This document shows, in pieces, positions 40,699 to 50,941 of a stretch of DNA of 64,000 bases. The position numbers were made by a program, and so were the translations under genes. Position 1 is the first letter of the stretch; every line of letters starts with the position of its first letter. Source of the stretch: Promethearchaeota archaeon (GTDB lineage Archaea; Asgardarchaeota; Lokiarchaeia; Sigyniarchaeales; SOKP01); the NCBI GenBank assembly GCA_048938855.1, contig JBHLLT010000011.1:1-64000 (forward strand), given 5' to 3'. The notes under the pieces are model-generated. The model was not told the DNA's origin. It saw nothing but the letters and a program-made list of their open reading frames with translations, and made no database searches.

Positions 40699-42986
40699 TC
40701 TCTATAAACTTCTTTAAAATTATCTGATAATTCAAATCGAGCATTATTATGCCAAAATTTAAAATCTAATACATGAAATAAATCTCCGTTAAATAAATCT
40801 CTCTCTTCATTCGTTAGAGTGTGTTTTAGAATAACAGTTAAAGGTCGTGGCACTAATTTTGAAAAATATTTGAGTTCTGTATTTTTTATATAATCATAAA
40901 ATGTTTCCTTGCCATCAAAGTTGAAGAAATTAAAAGGAATAAGATTTTCTTCTTGATGATTGAGATTATTCAACTCATTTTTAATACTATTTCTGACATA
41001 TTTAGGAAATTCAGTATTAATACCAATACTAGATTCATAATTTTTATAAAATTCAAACAATAGATTTTTTTCTTCAGGATTGGTTAACTTAGCGATATAT
41101 GTATCTAAAAATGTAAGGAAATTCTCGATATTTTGTTCGTTTCCTGCTCGCTCTTCAAAATACCCTATAAAATCATTGTATACTTCATCTAATGTCCAAA
41201 TTCTTTGCGCTTCTGGCCTTAAATATTTCTTAGAATAATCTATAATCCAATCTAAGACATAAAACTTCCATTCTAAGTTTATTCCTCCTATTCTTTTTTC
41301 TAGAAACCTATGAAATCTATTTGCAAAGCTGACAGGGTCACTTATTTCTTTATCAGGCTCATCTTTGATATAACGATTTATTGTAGAATATCTTAACACA
41401 TAACTTAATAGAAAATTTAATTCTGTTGAATATTTTTTAAACTTTTCAATATGATTTTTTATAATATTTATTTTAGATTCCATTTGAATCTCAGTAAATG
41501 ATATTAAATCTTCTATTTTTAATTCAATTTCATTAAAAAATACATCAATACTATTATCAACCAAAGATTTAAACTCTTGTATTAGTTCTCTTTCATTAAA
41601 TTTTATTTCTTTCTTAAAAAAAGATGGATGTGTTTCAATATGATTAAAGAGTAATAATTTAAATTTATCTACCAATTTTAATCCTATTATTTTAGCAGGT
41701 TTTTGTTCTTGGTTAAATTTTTCATAGGTTTTATCTGTTAATTTATTAGTTAAAGCTTTTAATCGACGATATGCAAGAAATTTCGGAAGTGATAATACAA
41801 CTATATTTTTTCCTTTATTAACCAACTCTGAGAAATAGCTTAAAACTGAATTTAATTCAATTATTCTCAGATTTTTTTTTTGGGTCATCGATTGATTTAT
41901 ATATTTTTTAGCCATTTCCCAGATTGGAGAGAAATCCACACTTTCTAATTTCCCTTTGTTTAATAGAAAATATTCAAATTTGTTTAATAATATATCAAGA
42001 TCCCCAATTTCGCCGGAACTAAGGAAGTTTTTAGAATACTCCAAAAATTTATTTATATAACTTTGTAGATCAATTAGTTTTGAATTTACAGTAGAAATTA
42101 ACCATTCCGCATTATGAGGATCATGATATTTTTTAATTTCTTGTGTGATGTAATCTACAATAAAAATAACGATCTCATCAAGAGATTCATCTATAGTCCC
42201 TGTATTTGCTAAATTGATAAGATTTGTTCCCAAATTTAAGGTTTTATCAACAATAAAATTCGCACTAGGCTCTGATATTGAGAATTTAAGATGTTCAATA
42301 GCTTGTTGGCCATCATAAGAGGTCTTGATTTTTTGGAATTTTGAATTTAACAAATTAATCTCCATAGGCTTTTTATACCATGAAATCTCAACATTAGAGA
42401 TAACTCTAGCATATGTATTCAGCATTTCTTGTTCTGTTGGTAGAGTTTTGCTTATTCCTATTAGTTTTTTATTCCATTTTTCTTCAACTATTTCACCATA
42501 AAGCTTTTGATTAAATCTCGAAGCAAATTTACGATATAACTGTTGTTTATTATGTTTATTTAATTCTGGACGATCTGAAAACTCTTCCACCTCAAAAAAA
42601 AGTCTACTTATATTGTTCAGTGATTCTCTTGATTTATGTATATTTAAAACGCCTGTTTCAGGTTTTAAAGCAAGTAACAAGCTTTCACAATCTTTATATT
42701 TACCAGGTATGAAAACCATTGATTGTGGATAAATATTAACTTGAGCACTCTTTTCATCAATGTTAAACAAATCAAATTCAATGCTGAAAACCTCTGCTCC
42801 GGAATAATCTCGTAATACTGCGTTATACATTGTTAAGTATTTTATAACCTCTTGGGAAAGCTCACTCACTTTTTCAGCTGTAAGTCGACCAGGTCCAATT
42901 ACATCTCCCACAATAACCTCATTTGGTGAGGAATAGCCAAATATTAAAGAATACTGATAATTAATAAATTCTCGCGTTGTTATCAT
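40680..42986 (-). CDS. large hypothetical protein
   Basis: 768-aa ORF coupled to the downstream large ORF. Confidence 0.75.
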   Translation of the reverse strand: MITTREFINYQYSLIFGYSSPNEVIVGDVIGPGRLTAEKVSELSQEVIKYLTMYNAVLRDYSGAEVFSIEFDLFNIDEKSAQVNIYPQSMVFIPGKYKDCESLLLALKPETGVLNIHKSRESLNNISRLFFEVEEFSDRPELNKHNKQQLYRKFASRFNQKLYGEIVEEKWNKKLIGISKTLPTEQEMLNTYARVISNVEISWYKKPMEINLLNSKFQKIKTSYDGQQAIEHLKFSISEPSANFIVDKTLNLGTNLINLANTGTIDESLDEIVIFIVDYITQEIKKYHDPHNAEWLISTVNSKLIDLQSYINKFLEYSKNFLSSGEIGDLDILLNKFEYFLLNKGKLESVDFSPIWEMAKKYINQSMTQKKNLRIIELNSVLSYFSELVNKGKNIVVLSLPKFLAYRRLKALTNKLTDKTYEKFNQEQKPAKIIGLKLVDKFKLLLFNHIETHPSFFKKEIKFNERELIQEFKSLVDNSIDVFFNEIELKIEDLISFTEIQMESKINIIKNHIEKFKKYSTELNFLLSYVLRYSTINRYIKDEPDKEISDPVSFANRFHRFLEKRIGGINLEWKFYVLDWIIDYSKKYLRPEAQRIWTLDEVYNDFIGYFEERAGNEQNIENFLTFLDTYIAKLTNPEEKNLLFEFYKNYESSIGINTEFPKYVRNSIKNELNNLNHQEENLIPFNFFNFDGKETFYDYIKNTELKYFSKLVPRPLTVILKHTLTNEERDLFNGDLFHVLDFKFWHNNARFELSDNFKEVYREWVKEL

Positions 42987-43366
42987 AATTTAAATTCAAA
43001 TTTGTTTCATAATTCTTAAATTCATAAATTTAAAATATAAAAAACTTAAAACTAAACCTCGAAACTAAATTTAATGGCTTTTTAAATATTTTAAGTTTTA
43101 TAAGTTTTAAAATTTATTTTTGAATACTAAATAAAGTATAGATTTAAAAATTTTAATGAAGAAATAAGAGAAATTGGTACTTCGGTAAGTAAAAAGTCAA
43201 ATTTTACCATACTTAAAATTTTAGATTTGGGTTATTTGGATCGTATTAAAAACCTATCCAAATTTCGAAAATAAAAATATAATAAGACAAAAATTATTAT
43301 AATTATAATAATCATTATAATATCTAAAAGCAAGAAAGGTGGAGAGATATTCAATTCGGGTCTGAC

Positions 43367-43753
43367 TTGGGAATAAATCAAGATGATATTGAAAAAATTA
43401 GTCCTCAAATTACTTTTATAACATCGAACGCAGATATTGAGGCGATTGCACTTGTATCTCAAGAAGGGTACCAAATAGCATTTAGTGCATTACCACATTA
43501 TCATGTTGATGGAGATCAATTTTGCGGACTCTCAAGTGCATTACTAATGACGGGAAGATCAACAATTCAAACATTATTTCAAGAAGATCTAAGTGAGATT
43601 ATTGTTCGAGCTCAAGATGGATATATTGTAATTACCAATGCAGGGAGATTAGTCATTGTGTGTGCTGGTACTATTATTGATACACTAATGAAGACTGTAA
43701 AGGTTATGAGAATTGCTGCTAAAAATCTTTATAAAATTTTTGAAGATCGTTAG
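43367..43753 (+). CDS. roadblock/LC7 (MglB-like) domain protein
   Basis: IEAIALVSQEGYQIA...LSEIIVRAQDGYIVITNAG. Confidence 0.9.
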   Translation: MGINQDDIEKISPQITFITSNADIEAIALVSQEGYQIAFSALPHYHVDGDQFCGLSSALLMTGRSTIQTLFQEDLSEIIVRAQDGYIVITNAGRLVIVCAGTIIDTLMKTVKVMRIAAKNLYKIFEDR

Positions 43754-43872
43754 CTTAAATTATCTTTTTTACTAATTTTAAATATTATAACAATTTGTAC
43801 CCTAAATCAATAGGTTTTTAAATAACTTACTATATTTAAAACAGAATAATAAGTCATTAATTATTTTTATTC

Positions 43873-43920
43873 ATGTCGATTCTAAGAAATATAGCGTGGC
43901 AGTGGCTTTATTGGCATTAA
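43873..43920 (+). CDS. putative Trp-rich leader peptide (TrpL-like), MSILRNIAWQWLYWH
   Basis: 15-codon ORF with three TGG codons among the last seven, about 150 nt upstream of trpB2. Confidence 0.7.
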   Translation: MSILRNIAWQWLYWH

Positions 43921-43975
43921 AGCCAATTGCATTTGATATTTCTTAATCTTATTTTTTCATTTTAATATTTTTACT
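43878..43975 (+). promoter_or_regulatory. putative attenuator: long hairpin over the leader ORF followed by oligo-T tracts
   Basis: TAAGAAATAT(43883-92)/ATATTTCTTA(43936-45) and TGGCTTTA(43903-10)/TAAAGCCA(43918-25); T tracts from 43949. Confidence 0.6.
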
Positions 43976-44071
43976 TCAGAATATTAAAAACTCTTCCTAA
44001 ATGCGCGTTAATTATTTTGATTTCCAATTTATTAATGACACACATCTTAAGGTGTGAAAAAACGAATATAA

Positions 44072-45487
44072 TTGGTAACTAAAATGATAGATTACTTTAA
44101 AGGAAGAATTATATTACAGCCAAATGAAATTCCAAAAGATTGGGTAAATATATTACCGACATTACCCTCTCCTATGACGCCCTTAATTAATCCGATGGAT
44201 GGGAGACCTGCACCCCCAGAAATGGCATTTGCTATATTCCCAAAAGAGTGTGTTAAGCAAGAGTTCTCTCTAGAACCTACAATCCCCATTCCAAAAGAAT
44301 TAAGGGAAATTTTTGCAAATTCATATAGACCCAGCCCTCTACATCGGGCATTAGGTTTAGAAAAAGAGTTAGGAATAGAAGGAGAGAAAATCAAAATTTT
44401 TTATAAAAATGAATCAACATCTCCTACTGGCTCTCATAAGCCCAATACTGCCATAACACAAGCATATTATGCTAAAAAAGAGGGACTAAGTGAATTGGTT
44501 ACTGAAACAGGTGCAGGACAGTGGGGATCTGCTTTAGCTTATGGATGTTCCCTTTTTGGCCTTAAATGCACAGTATATATGGTGAGAGCAAGTTATTTCC
44601 AAAAGCCAGGGAGAAAAATTATGATGAGATGTTTTAATGCTAAAGTACATCCAAGTCCTTCAAAATTAACAGAATCTGGGAAAAAATTCCTAAATAAGGA
44701 TCAAGAACACCCCGGTAGTTTAGGAATCGCCATATCTGAAGCAATAGAACATAGTATGAGAAGTGATAAAATTAAATATTCTCTTGGAAGTGTAGTCAAT
44801 TTTGTTCTTCTACACCAGACTATTATTGGACAAGAAGTGAAAATACAATTAGCAAAAGTAGGTATTCAACATCCTGATGTAATAATAGGCTGCATGGGTG
44901 GAGGTTCCAACTTTGCAGGTCTAATGCTACCATTTGCAAAAGATAAACTAGAAGGTCAGAGTCAAGATATGGAAATAATAGGCGTTGAACCTCGGGCATG
45001 TCCCAGTGTATGCAAAGGAGAGTATAGATGGGATTTTGGGGACTCTTCAATGAAAGGGCCAATATTAAAGATGTACACATTAGGTCATAATTTCATCCCT
45101 AGCCCAATTCATGCAGGGGGATTGAGATATCATGGAATGGCTCCGATAATTTCCATATTAAATAATCACGAGATTATAAAAACTACAATGCATCATCAAA
45201 CTGAAGTAATTGACGCAGGTATTCAATTTGCTAAAGCAGAAGGTATAATTCCAGCTCCAGAAAGTGCTCATGCTATAAAAGAAACAATTGATCAAGCTCT
45301 CAAAGCTAAAGACAACAATGAAAAAAAAGTTATTTTGTTCAATCTTAGTGGTCATGGTTTCTTTGATCTGTTAGCTTACGAAAAATATATGAATGGAGAA
45401 TTAGTGGATTATGAATTGCCTACAAGTCAAATTCAAAATTCACTCAAATCAGAAGAAATGCCAAAGATTGATGAATCTCAATTTTAA
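44072..45487 (+). CDS. trpB2: tryptophan synthase beta chain 2 (TrpB2), PLP enzyme
   Basis: SPTGSHKPNT (PLP Lys), TETGAGQWG, GGGSNFAG, IHAGGLRYHG, APESAHA, NLSGHG; start may be ATG 44084. Confidence 0.95.
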   Translation: MVTKMIDYFKGRIILQPNEIPKDWVNILPTLPSPMTPLINPMDGRPAPPEMAFAIFPKECVKQEFSLEPTIPIPKELREIFANSYRPSPLHRALGLEKELGIEGEKIKIFYKNESTSPTGSHKPNTAITQAYYAKKEGLSELVTETGAGQWGSALAYGCSLFGLKCTVYMVRASYFQKPGRKIMMRCFNAKVHPSPSKLTESGKKFLNKDQEHPGSLGIAISEAIEHSMRSDKIKYSLGSVVNFVLLHQTIIGQEVKIQLAKVGIQHPDVIIGCMGGGSNFAGLMLPFAKDKLEGQSQDMEIIGVEPRACPSVCKGEYRWDFGDSSMKGPILKMYTLGHNFIPSPIHAGGLRYHGMAPIISILNNHEIIKTTMHHQTEVIDAGIQFAKAEGIIPAPESAHAIKETIDQALKAKDNNEKKVILFNLSGHGFFDLLAYEKYMNGELVDYELPTSQIQNSLKSEEMPKIDESQF

Positions 45488-45492
45488 ATCAA

Positions 45493-45512
45493 TTTTTTTT
45501 TTTAAAAAAAAA
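45493..45512 (+). terminator. oligo-T terminator candidate after trpB2
   Basis: T11 followed by A9, starting 6 nt after the stop codon. Confidence 0.5.
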
Positions 45513-45584
45513 CCATTATTAATTCAAGAAAATCTTAAAATTGAAGGATCTTTTAAATATTAAAATTGATGAATTTGATTCTTC

Positions 45585-46613
45585 TTGAATGTTATTTCCA
45601 TAATAATTATATGTTTCTTATACCTGTACGGGTTAATAATTTTTTATATAACTTATTTAGCAAAAAAAAAGAACGAAAAAGGAGCTTTTATAAATAACTT
45701 AACAAACGGATTAATTTTCATATCTTCAATTTCGATTAATTTAATTATCTCTAATTTATATGACTTCCCAATTAGAGAGTTTATTGATTTTCCCTTAAAT
45801 ATTTTAATGATTATTTTAATTATATTTTTTCTACCATTATTTTACATCTTCATAACTCGAGAGAAACACAGAATTAAAAAAAGTAAAAAAAATATTAATA
45901 AACTCGAGCTTCAATCTTCTACAGAACTTCCTCTTAAATATGATATATATAGAAAATTAACACATTTTGTTGTATTAGGAATTATTTTCTTTTATTTCAG
46001 TCTAGGTCTTTTATTACAAAACCTTTTCATTAGTATGGGCTGGGATATAATGATCTTTTCACAAAATTTAGTAGTCTTCTTGGTTATGATTTCTTTAATA
46101 GGTTTACTAACCGCGGATTTTGTGAGAATATTACAACCAGAGTTTTATCCATTAAAACCAGTCAATCAACTATTAAGGGAAAAGGAACTTCATATGAGGT
46201 TAGGACCTCATATTTCCATGAGTATTGGATGTTTTTCCATAATTTTACTTTACGGTATAATTCAACCAATTGGACCAGTGATAATCTGTACTTCAATGGC
46301 AATGTCTATTTTTGGAGATGCCACAGCAAATTTAGTAGGGAGGACAATTGGTCAAAAAAATATTAGAAACACTAAAAAAACATATGTAGGATTAATTGGA
46401 GGTATGATTGCAGCTTTTCTCTCTGGAATAATTGTATTATTTATATTAAGAAATTATTATAGATTTACTATTCCAGGGTTACTACTGATTCCCTTAATCG
46501 GAATGATGATCATTGGAATAATTGATTATTTGGATTTAGAGATTGATGATAATTTAACATTTAATTTTGGTGTTTCAACAATATTATTTTTTTGTTCATT
46601 TTTAATATTATAA
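45585..46613 (+). CDS. SEC59/DGK1/VTE5-family CTP-dependent lipid (polyprenol/diacylglycerol) kinase
   Basis: RKLTH, LLREKE, FGDATANLVG..G...KKT..G, IDDNL. Confidence 0.85.
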   Translation: MNVISIIIICFLYLYGLIIFYITYLAKKKNEKGAFINNLTNGLIFISSISINLIISNLYDFPIREFIDFPLNILMIILIIFFLPLFYIFITREKHRIKKSKKNINKLELQSSTELPLKYDIYRKLTHFVVLGIIFFYFSLGLLLQNLFISMGWDIMIFSQNLVVFLVMISLIGLLTADFVRILQPEFYPLKPVNQLLREKELHMRLGPHISMSIGCFSIILLYGIIQPIGPVIICTSMAMSIFGDATANLVGRTIGQKNIRNTKKTYVGLIGGMIAAFLSGIIVLFILRNYYRFTIPGLLLIPLIGMMIIGIIDYLDLEIDDNLTFNFGVSTILFFCSFLIL

Positions 46614-46653
46614 TTAGGTATCAAAAATTTTTTCAATCATAATTATTTTTTTT

Positions 46654-47166
46654 ATGAAAATGTTGGAAGAAAAATTAAAAATTGATAAAATATCTAAAGG
46701 AACTGTTATTGATCATATAGATGCAGGATATGCAATAACAATTCTTAATCTTACTGGTATTGATGAATCAAAAAATTTAATGACAATTGGTGTAAATGTC
46801 TTATCAAAAAAATTCAAGACAAAGGATATTATTAAAATCGAGAATGTTTTTCTGAATGAAACTCAAATGCAACAAATATCTATACTGTCACCTAATGCTA
46901 CAATTTCCCTAATTGAAAATTATAAAGTAATGGAAAAGAAAAAGGTGGAGCTTCCTAAGATCATTAAAAAATTGATATTATGTGTTAATCAAACCTGTAT
47001 AAGTAATTCGGAAAAAGAGCCTATTGACACGGAATTTCTAGTATTAGAAGAAAAACCCCTGAAAATTCAATGCGTTTATTGCGAACGTATATATAAATTA
47101 GAAGAAATTGTTTTCACTTCGAAAGAAAAAAAAGAAATGAAGGTAAAACAAAGAATTCAACTTTAA
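46654..47166 (+). CDS. pyrI: aspartate carbamoyltransferase regulatory chain
   Basis: GTVIDHI, KDIIKIE, CVNQTCISN, CVYCE. Confidence 0.95.
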   Translation: MKMLEEKLKIDKISKGTVIDHIDAGYAITILNLTGIDESKNLMTIGVNVLSKKFKTKDIIKIENVFLNETQMQQISILSPNATISLIENYKVMEKKKVELPKIIKKLILCVNQTCISNSEKEPIDTEFLVLEEKPLKIQCVYCERIYKLEEIVFTSKEKKEMKVKQRIQL

Positions 47167-47182
47167 AATAACATTGATACAT

Positions 47183-47623
47183 TTATAAAAAGAGTTCAAG
47201 AATTGATGAGAAATTAGGAATAAAATTTAGTAAAGTATGAAGAAAAACACCAACAAGCATAAATAAGAGAAAGAATATGCCAATTCCTGGCAGTATAATA
47301 TTTTTCCAATGCCATTCTTCTTTATCATATTCATATTTTAAAATATTGAAACTAACCACAAAGGGAAATAGAAACCACCATAATAACATCCACATTAACA
47401 TAAACCAACCTATCAATCCAAAGATCAAACGACCTACTAAAGCACTTAATGCTCCCGTAACTGCCCGAATCCAATATAATTTTGTTTCCCTTTCCATACG
47501 AAGATCAAATGATTTTAAAGGCCTTTTTTCGACTTGAGATAATTGTTTTTTTTGTTCTTTTTTCTTCTGGTGTAAAAGCCTTTTTCTTCTTTTTTTAATA
47601 TCTATCTTCTTGCGTCTTCGCAT
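47183..47623 (-). CDS. EMC6/Rab5ip-like three-TM membrane protein
   Basis: LYWIRAVTGALSAL..G, three TM helices, GIGIFFLLF. Confidence 0.6.
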   Translation of the reverse strand: MRRRKKIDIKKRRKRLLHQKKKEQKKQLSQVEKRPLKSFDLRMERETKLYWIRAVTGALSALVGRLIFGLIGWFMLMWMLLWWFLFPFVVSFNILKYEYDKEEWHWKNIILPGIGIFFLLFMLVGVFLHTLLNFIPNFSSILELFL

Positions 47624-47695
47624 AATTATTATTATAAATATTAATTATTATAAAAATCATTATATAATATTGATAAACTAGAATTTAAACCTAAT

Positions 47696-49750
47696 ATGAT
47701 TAAACCATCAACAGAATTTACTAATTTTGACGTTTTTGCCATCGTAAAAGAATTAGATTTATTATTGTCTAATGGTGCAATTTTAAATATATATGAAGTA
47801 GAGGATATATTGATATTAAAAATCAATACTAATTTTGGAAAGAAAAATTTACTTATCAAAAAGGATTCAAGGATTAATTTAACCGAATATGATTATCCTA
47901 TCCCTAAATACCCTAGCCAATATATAATCTCTCTCCGAAAGTTATTAAAAAATCGGAAAATCTTAAAAATTAGTCAACACCAATTTGATAGAATTGTTAT
48001 AATTGAATTAAGTGATATTTCAGCTCAACCCTGGAAATTTGTAATAGAACTTTTCAACAAGGGAAATTTCCTTCTATTAGATGAAAAGAATAATATAAAA
48101 GTTGCTAAGAAATATAGAAAGTTCCGGGATAGAGAAATTCTACCAAATAAAGAATATATTTTTCCTCGTTCTCTTGAAGCAGATTTTTTAACTTTAAATA
48201 ATGATGAATTTAGGACATATTTTTTTAATTCTGATGTAGAGATTGTTAGAGATCTATCAAGAAAAATTCATATCTCTGGATTATATAGTGAAGAAATATG
48301 TCATAGAGCTAATATTGATAAAATTATTTTGGGAAAAAATCTAACAGATGATCAGTACAATAATTTATATTCTGCATTTAAGAAGTTAAGAAATCAATTA
48401 TTATTCGGTGAGACAAATGCTATTATTGTTTTTGATAAAGATGAAAATCAAATTTCTGTGCTTCCCTTTGAAATCGATATTCTTAAACAATATAGTAAGG
48501 AACATTATGATACATTTAATGAAGCAGTAGACAAATATTTCTCAAAAATGGATTCTGAAACCTTAAAAAGTCCTAAAGATCAAAAAATTGACAAGCAAAT
48601 TAAAGCTCAAAAAAAAATTTTAAAAAATCAAGAAGATTATCTTGAAGAACTTAAAATTAAAAAAGATAAATATTATAAAATTGGAGAACTAATCTATGCC
48701 AACTTGAGTTCCTTAGAAAAATTAAAAACCGTAGTCATGGATGCAAAAAAAAAAGGGTACTCATGGGAAACTATTAACAACAAACTTAAAGAAGCAAAAT
48801 TGGAAAATTTAGACGGTGCAGAATTCTTTGATAAGATCATACCCTCTACTGGCCAGATTATGATATGCATTAATGGGTACAGTATTAAGCTTGATTTAAA
48901 TAAAAGTATAGGAGAAAATGCTAATAGTATCTACTCTAAAGGGAAGAAAGCCGATCAAAAATTAAAAGGTACAATAATTGCCAGAGAAAAAACCAAAGAA
49001 AAACTTGATAAGTTAATGATTGATCGAGAGTCAATTGAAGCAGAAATTGATTTTTTGATTAAGAAACCAAAGAAGAATTGGTATGAGAAATTTAGATGGT
49101 TTTTTTCATCTGATGAATATTTAATTATAGGAGGTAGAGATGCAACTTCAAATGAGATAATTTTTAGAAAGCATATTGACCAGAATGACTTAGTTTTTCA
49201 CACGAATTTCCCAGGATCTCCATTAGTAATAATTAAAAATCCAAATAACACGCAAATTCCTATAACAACTATTAAAGAGACTAGCGAATTTGTCGCAACC
49301 TATTCAAGAGCATGGAAAGAGGGTTGGGGTGTAGTCGATATATTTTATATTAATCCAGATCAAATTTCTAAAACTCCTCCCTCAGGTGAGTTTTTACCAA
49401 AAGGATCCTTTATAGTTTCAGGTAAAAAGAACTTTATTAAAAATGTTAAAACTGAATTAACGATTGGATTATTATTCATTGAATTAGAGGCAAATTCTAA
49501 AGAACATCAGGAAATACTTTATCCTAAAATTATATCCGGCCCAAAATCTGCAGTAAAGAAACAAACTAATAATTATATAACAATAATCCCAACAAAATCT
49601 GACGGTTTTTCTAAAGGAAAGCTAGCAAAAGAGATACTTTCTACTTTTTATAAAGATATTGAAAAGGAATTGAAAATTTGGTTAAGTCTTTTATCCATAG
49701 ATGAGCTCCTTCTTTATTTACCTAGTGGGATATCTAAAATAAAGACATAA
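47696..49750 (+). CDS. rqcH: ribosome quality-control protein RqcH/NEMF (NFACT)
   Basis: QFDRIV, IELFNKGN, WYEKFRWF.SS, GGRDATSNE, SGEFLPKGSF. Confidence 0.94.
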   Translation: MIKPSTEFTNFDVFAIVKELDLLLSNGAILNIYEVEDILILKINTNFGKKNLLIKKDSRINLTEYDYPIPKYPSQYIISLRKLLKNRKILKISQHQFDRIVIIELSDISAQPWKFVIELFNKGNFLLLDEKNNIKVAKKYRKFRDREILPNKEYIFPRSLEADFLTLNNDEFRTYFFNSDVEIVRDLSRKIHISGLYSEEICHRANIDKIILGKNLTDDQYNNLYSAFKKLRNQLLFGETNAIIVFDKDENQISVLPFEIDILKQYSKEHYDTFNEAVDKYFSKMDSETLKSPKDQKIDKQIKAQKKILKNQEDYLEELKIKKDKYYKIGELIYANLSSLEKLKTVVMDAKKKGYSWETINNKLKEAKLENLDGAEFFDKIIPSTGQIMICINGYSIKLDLNKSIGENANSIYSKGKKADQKLKGTIIAREKTKEKLDKLMIDRESIEAEIDFLIKKPKKNWYEKFRWFFSSDEYLIIGGRDATSNEIIFRKHIDQNDLVFHTNFPGSPLVIIKNPNNTQIPITTIKETSEFVATYSRAWKEGWGVVDIFYINPDQISKTPPSGEFLPKGSFIVSGKKNFIKNVKTELTIGLLFIELEANSKEHQEILYPKIISGPKSAVKKQTNNYITIIPTKSDGFSKGKLAKEILSTFYKDIEKELKIWLSLLSIDELLLYLPSGISKIKT

Positions 49751-49758
49751 ATCCTATT

Positions 49759-50502
49759 TCAATTTTTGCAAAACAGACGTTTAATCGTTTCTATATTTTT
49801 ATAGTTATCGAATAAAATTCCATCAATGCCTAAATCAACTAGAGATTTAATTTTAGATATAGGATTTTTGTATAATATAAAATCCCATGCTAAAGATTTA
49901 ATTTTAAATTCATGACATATCAATATGAATTTCTTAGAAACTAAACTGGATCTTAAACTTATCATATCTGGTTTTATATCTTTCTTTAATAGGCTCTTAA
50001 AATTTAAAAGATCATTTAGAGTGAAACCTAAACCCTTTGTAATATTGTAGCATATTCGACTTTCATTGTAAACTTTCTTTATTGCGATTAATTCCTGTAA
50101 ATTCCTTCCACTAAAAATACAATCATCCAGTAAGCCAAATTTGTTGACAATTTTTATAATTTTATTATATATGTTATCAACTTTCAACTCAATCATAAAT
50201 TTTGTTTTTCCCTTTAAGACTTTTAATACTTCTGATAAGGTAGGGATTTTACTGCCATAATTTTTCGTTCTAATTTCTTTAATTTCATTTAAATGAAGAC
50301 TTTTTAGTAAACCTGAACTTCTTGTCGTTCTATCTAAATTAGGATCATGTAAAATTATCAAATTTCCATCCTTACTCCTTCGAACATCAAATTCAATACA
50401 ATTAGCACCAGAGTCTAATGCTTTTTCAAAAGCAATGATTGTATTTTCATCAAAATCAGTTCTAGTTCCTCGATGTCCTATAAATAGAAATTCTGAGTCC
50501 AT
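49759..50502 (-). CDS. glycerophosphodiester phosphodiesterase
   Basis: IGHRG, ENT..AF, IEFDV..SKDG..IILHD..LDRTT, IELK. Confidence 0.93.
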   Translation of the reverse strand: MDSEFLFIGHRGTRTDFDENTIIAFEKALDSGANCIEFDVRRSKDGNLIILHDPNLDRTTRSSGLLKSLHLNEIKEIRTKNYGSKIPTLSEVLKVLKGKTKFMIELKVDNIYNKIIKIVNKFGLLDDCIFSGRNLQELIAIKKVYNESRICYNITKGLGFTLNDLLNFKSLLKKDIKPDMISLRSSLVSKKFILICHEFKIKSLAWDFILYKNPISKIKSLVDLGIDGILFDNYKNIETIKRLFCKN

Positions 50503-50526
50503 AGCAGAATTTTAAAAATATCACAT

Positions 50527-50940
50527 TCACTCTTGAATAAGAAATAAGTAGATTACTATTATAAATATTCCAATAAGAGTAAGAGTAAAAACTGAGAGAT
50601 TTAATAAAGTTTGTCCAATGGATAAGAGAATGAACATAAGTAATTCTTTCCAGTTCAATCGTTTACCAACCAATTCTTTATAATTTGCATAACTGGTAAT
50701 TATAAATATAAAAAACAATAAAACAACAATTACTTTTATAACCACATCAATAATCGTCCATAACAAATCTATATTCATTAGAATTGTTATTATCTCTAAA
50801 TTAAATAATATTGAGACAATAAAACATATAGTTCCTAATACTGCTGATATAGTTATTGATCTATAAGCAAAAGTCTCATCGGAACGACTCTTTTCCAATT
50901 TCATCTGTTTCCCTTCCGATAATTTAGGAATTTTTGACAT
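50527..50940 (-). CDS. membrane protein
   Basis: Probable start ATG 50940 (MSKIPKL...), adjacent to the upstream stop; four TM segments. Confidence 0.7.
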   Translation of the reverse strand: MSKIPKLSEGKQMKLEKSRSDETFAYRSITISAVLGTICFIVSILFNLEIITILMNIDLLWTIIDVVIKVIVVLLFFIFIITSYANYKELVGKRLNWKELLMFILLSIGQTLLNLSVFTLTLIGIFIIVIYLFLIQE

Positions 50941-50941
50941 A

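Noticed and set aside
43338-43366. Possible ATT start extending the roadblock protein after SD-like GGTGGAG
   Set aside because: A TTG start is available and nothing visible discriminates between the two.
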